DNA of 64,000 nt. Origin: Octopus vulgaris (lineage: Eukaryota). The position numbers and the translations under genes are program-made. Position 1 is the stretch's first letter; every line of letters starts with the position of its first letter. The notes beneath the pieces were generated by a model. That model had not been told where the DNA came from, made no database searches, and worked only from the letters and a program-made list of their open reading frames with translations. Positions 1 through 64,000 of this stretch are shown here, in pieces. The stretch covers positions 43,028,001 through 43,092,000 of the forward strand of contig OX597830.1 in NCBI GenBank assembly GCA_951406725.2. The letters run 5' to 3'.

Positions 1-520
1 ATTATCTGCCTGTGGTCTCCCTCATAAAAAACAAAACATTATGAGAATTAAGTCACACCAGAGAGCATTCACTAAAAAAATGAAGGGCATGATTGATCTT
101 GATTATTAGGACTGCCTTAAAACATTGAAACTTTATTCTCTCCCATGCTGCTGTGAGCTCTGCATCATTTTATACAATGTAGAGAATATAGCACCAGCAT
201 TGCTGAAAGAACCTTAGCATTAGATTCAAAATTCATCCAAAGCTGGGGTCTATATGCCATATGTCCCCTACACAATTCAGGCTCACAACACATTAATTCA
301 CAGCAATACAATTTCTTTTCTTTAACAGGCCCTGCTCTGTTTAGCATTTTCCCAAAACAAATCAAAGAAGGAAAAAATTCAATCACCTTCAAATGTAACC
401 TGGACAAATTTCTTCAAGTGATGCCAGATAAGCCATCGATACCTGGATACATCTCATTCAACATCTTTCTGCTTGAAAGGGGTCATAACACCATTAAACT
501 TGATTCAAAAAGTTCTTAAT
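1..520 (+). mobile_element. Degenerate 3' end of a CR1/L2-like LINE ORF2
   Basis: Broken translation: WSP, AFTKKM, LDY..LKTLKLYSL, GPALF...P, FKCNLDKFL..PDKP. Confidence 0.65.
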
Positions 521-1285
521 ACTTAACAGATGATTCTATCAGGTGGTGCTATTAAGTTAGACAGGAGAGGAAATGATGAGTTCAACAAGTACAAACATCT
601 AAGTTTCTCTTTTTCTTCTTCGGGTATTAGCGTGTATGAGTTTGTATATATTTTGCATATCATTCTATTTTTTTATTGCTTTGTGCCCAAAGACTTTTTA
701 GGACAGAAAGTATGAGCAGGAAGTGAGTCCCAGAGGAGGAATGATACCTCAAGAGAATAGACATAGTGTTAGTGTGGGTTCAAATCTAATGGACACAAGA
801 GATGTGTATACCAGTAATACCCAGGTAAGATGGCAAGAGGCCAACCAGCTCTCAGGAGCAGAGGCTATTGTAGTACTGGTAGAAAAGGCAGAGGACACAT
901 CACATTCATGGGTCAGAATTTGGTGTGTATTGGTGACTTCGTGCTAATCAATTGAGAAACTTTTTTTCTTTCTGGATGTGGTCATATGATATTTGTATAC
1001 GTAGCAGCAGCACCATTCCAGACATGGAATCATTATTTCTTTGTGTACCCTATTTTTTTTATTTACTTCTGATGGCAAAATATTTCTTGTTTTTCATTTT
1101 CAATTTCTAAAATTAATCATTATTTTATCCAACTAAATTAAAAGATATCTATCTTTTTCTGTTTATGAGTTTATGTCTCTATATCTGTGAATATTTGTAT
1201 TTTGCAGTGTGGCTTCCTTTATCTCTTGATTTTGCTATTTTCCCTTTTCTACCAGAGTTTTACTTCAGCTGTTTATTTGGTTTAG

Positions 1286-62330
<61,045 letters not shown>

Positions 62331-62449
62331 GTAAACAAATTTGGTATAATTTTTCACTTTCTTTCAAGTCATTTGACAGAAATAATGGCTTGCAAACATT
62401 TTTTGAGTATTGTATTTACGTGGAATGTGTTAGCAGAAATTATAAATAT

Positions 62450-62824
62450 AGTCAAGTACATCAACATCAAAATCAAATCATATGACAATCAAATGGAAAC
62501 AGTATCTGTGCTGGTGGCATGTAAAAAGCACCACCCGAATGTGGCTGATGCCAGTGCCACCTTGACTGGCTTCCGTGCCGGTGGCACGTAAAAAGCACCA
62601 TCCGATTGTGGTCAATGCCAGCTCCTCTGGCCCCTGTGTCGGTGGCACGTAAAAAGTACCCACTACACTCTTGGAGTGGTTGGCAATAGGAAGGGCATCC
62701 AGCTGTAGAAACAGTTCCCAGATAAGATTGGAGTTGGGTACAGCCTCCTGGCTTCCCAGACCCCAGTCGAACCATCCAACCCATGCCAGCATGGTAAACG
62801 GACGTTAAACGATGATGATGATGA
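62450..62824 (+). mobile_element. RTE 3' UTR/end
   Basis: UTR repeats, family 3' motif and (GAT)n. Confidence 0.85.
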
Positions 62825-63214
62825 CATTTTTAACTCTCTACATTTTAAAATGGAATCATTTCAGATTCAACTTTGCTTTCATCCATCTGTTATCAATACA
62901 TTAAGTCCTTGTATTATTTATAATTTGACTCAGTCTAGGTAAAAAAACTGTCCATGAGCTCTACCAATTTATGCATTTTCTATTTTTAACAATATTTTGG
63001 ATAACATGACCGATACCATCACATTGTAATGTCTTCTTTATGCTCCATCTAAGAAGAAATATGCTTTATCCTATATTACCTAATGGTAGTTGAAACAAGA
63101 GCATAAAGGAAATTATTAGATATTATTTCAGGAATATGTCAATCACGTCTTTAAATTCAGTGTTTGACAATGTAAAAGTCATCATCACCATCACCATCAT
63201 TGATGATGATAATT

Positions 63215-63415
63215 CTTTCTACTATAGGTACAAGGGCTGAAATTTGAGGTAGAGGGCTAGCTGATTACATCAATCCCAGTACTCAACTGGTAATTAATTT
63301 ATTGATCCTGAAAGGATGAAAGGCAAAGATGACTTCATTGGAATTTGAATCCAGAACAGGAAGGCTGAAATGCTGCTGAGCATTTTGCTTGCTGTGTTAA
63401 CAATTCTGCCACCTT
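63215..63415 (-). mobile_element. SINE family A copy
   Basis: aaggatgaaaggcaaag...ggaatttgaa core. Confidence 0.7.
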
Positions 63416-63417
63416 TA

Positions 63418-64000
63418 TAATAATAATAATAATTAATTCTTTTTATTGGCCACAAGGGCTGACACACATGATTAGGAAACATAAAGGGACAAAACAGGAC
63501 GAAAGGTTACAAAGGGTTTTGTCTGTTTTTGAAAAAATCCGAGTAAAAACTGTTTAACAACGAAAGATTATAACAATGAAAAAAACTCCCAATAGGGGAG
63601 GCGCTTCGAAAGGTTCCTGGTGGAAAAAACCCCATAAAAGCCAACAGGAGCCTGGTCAAAAGGGGGTAGAGAGCCCCTTTCTCCTTTTATAAAACCTTTT
63701 TCAATCACAGGCGAAACCTGAGAATTGGTCCATTTATACTGGCCATTCTCGCACAATTCACCCACCTTTCAGAAAACTTGCTATCGGACAGCACTCTCCT
63801 CTCTAACCTCATCTTCCTTTTCAAATGAAACTTGAAAAAGTTGATGAGGCCTTGTCCAAAGAGGAAAGTGTCTGACTTTAGCCCTTTCAAACGGGTCCAC
63901 CATACAACCTCTTTAGCCACAGCCACTAGGCACAGGGAAACAGCTTCACCCTCCTTGTTAAAGGAGGTCGGTGGGTCAATCTTCATTATGGATTCGGCCG
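63418..64000 (-). mobile_element. 3' end of an L1/Tx1-like LINE (continues past the window)
   Basis: Open ORF 63705..63986 homologous to 6008..6205; 3' UTR with AATAAA and (TTA)n. Confidence 0.75.

Noticed and set aside
530-715. ORF as an upstream TRPM exon
   Set aside because: No phase-0 donor to join exon 2 and no TRPM motif; the TDAFGE exon at 1286-1397 fills that role.

Overview
This is AT-rich, repeat-dense eukaryotic DNA. The RTE/SINE repeat families and the (TA)n/(GAT)n landscape look like an Octopus-type cephalopod; that assignment is from pattern recognition, not a database match. The whole window lies inside one + strand, multi-exon TRPM (TRPM2-like) cation-channel gene. I read 20 GT-AG exons from 1286 to 62330 that splice into one uninterrupted frame (2519 nt, 839 full codons). 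They cover MHR1-4, pre-S1, S1-S5, the pore helix and the YGE filter; the start codon, S6, TRP helix and C-terminus lie outside the window. The introns are filled with RTE, CR1-like, L1/Tx1-like and Penelope-like retroelement fragments, several tRNA-type SINE families, a full-length DD34E Tc1 element with two nonsense codons, mariner/Tigger/piggyBac-like relics and microsatellites. The most notable observations are: (1) minimal type-I hammerhead ribozyme motifs in the introns, including a ~240-bp direct repeat with one hammerhead per copy that brackets a Helitron-helicase fragment (retrozyme-like); (2) a Cys-rich pre-S1 segment (CCCKPCGKCCRMFCRC) that two in-frame acceptors could include or drop; (3) an 18-nt symmetric microexon in the Ca2+-sensing S2-S3 linker, preceded by a 39-bp RNA hairpin; (4) an array of CAG|GT motifs before exon 5.
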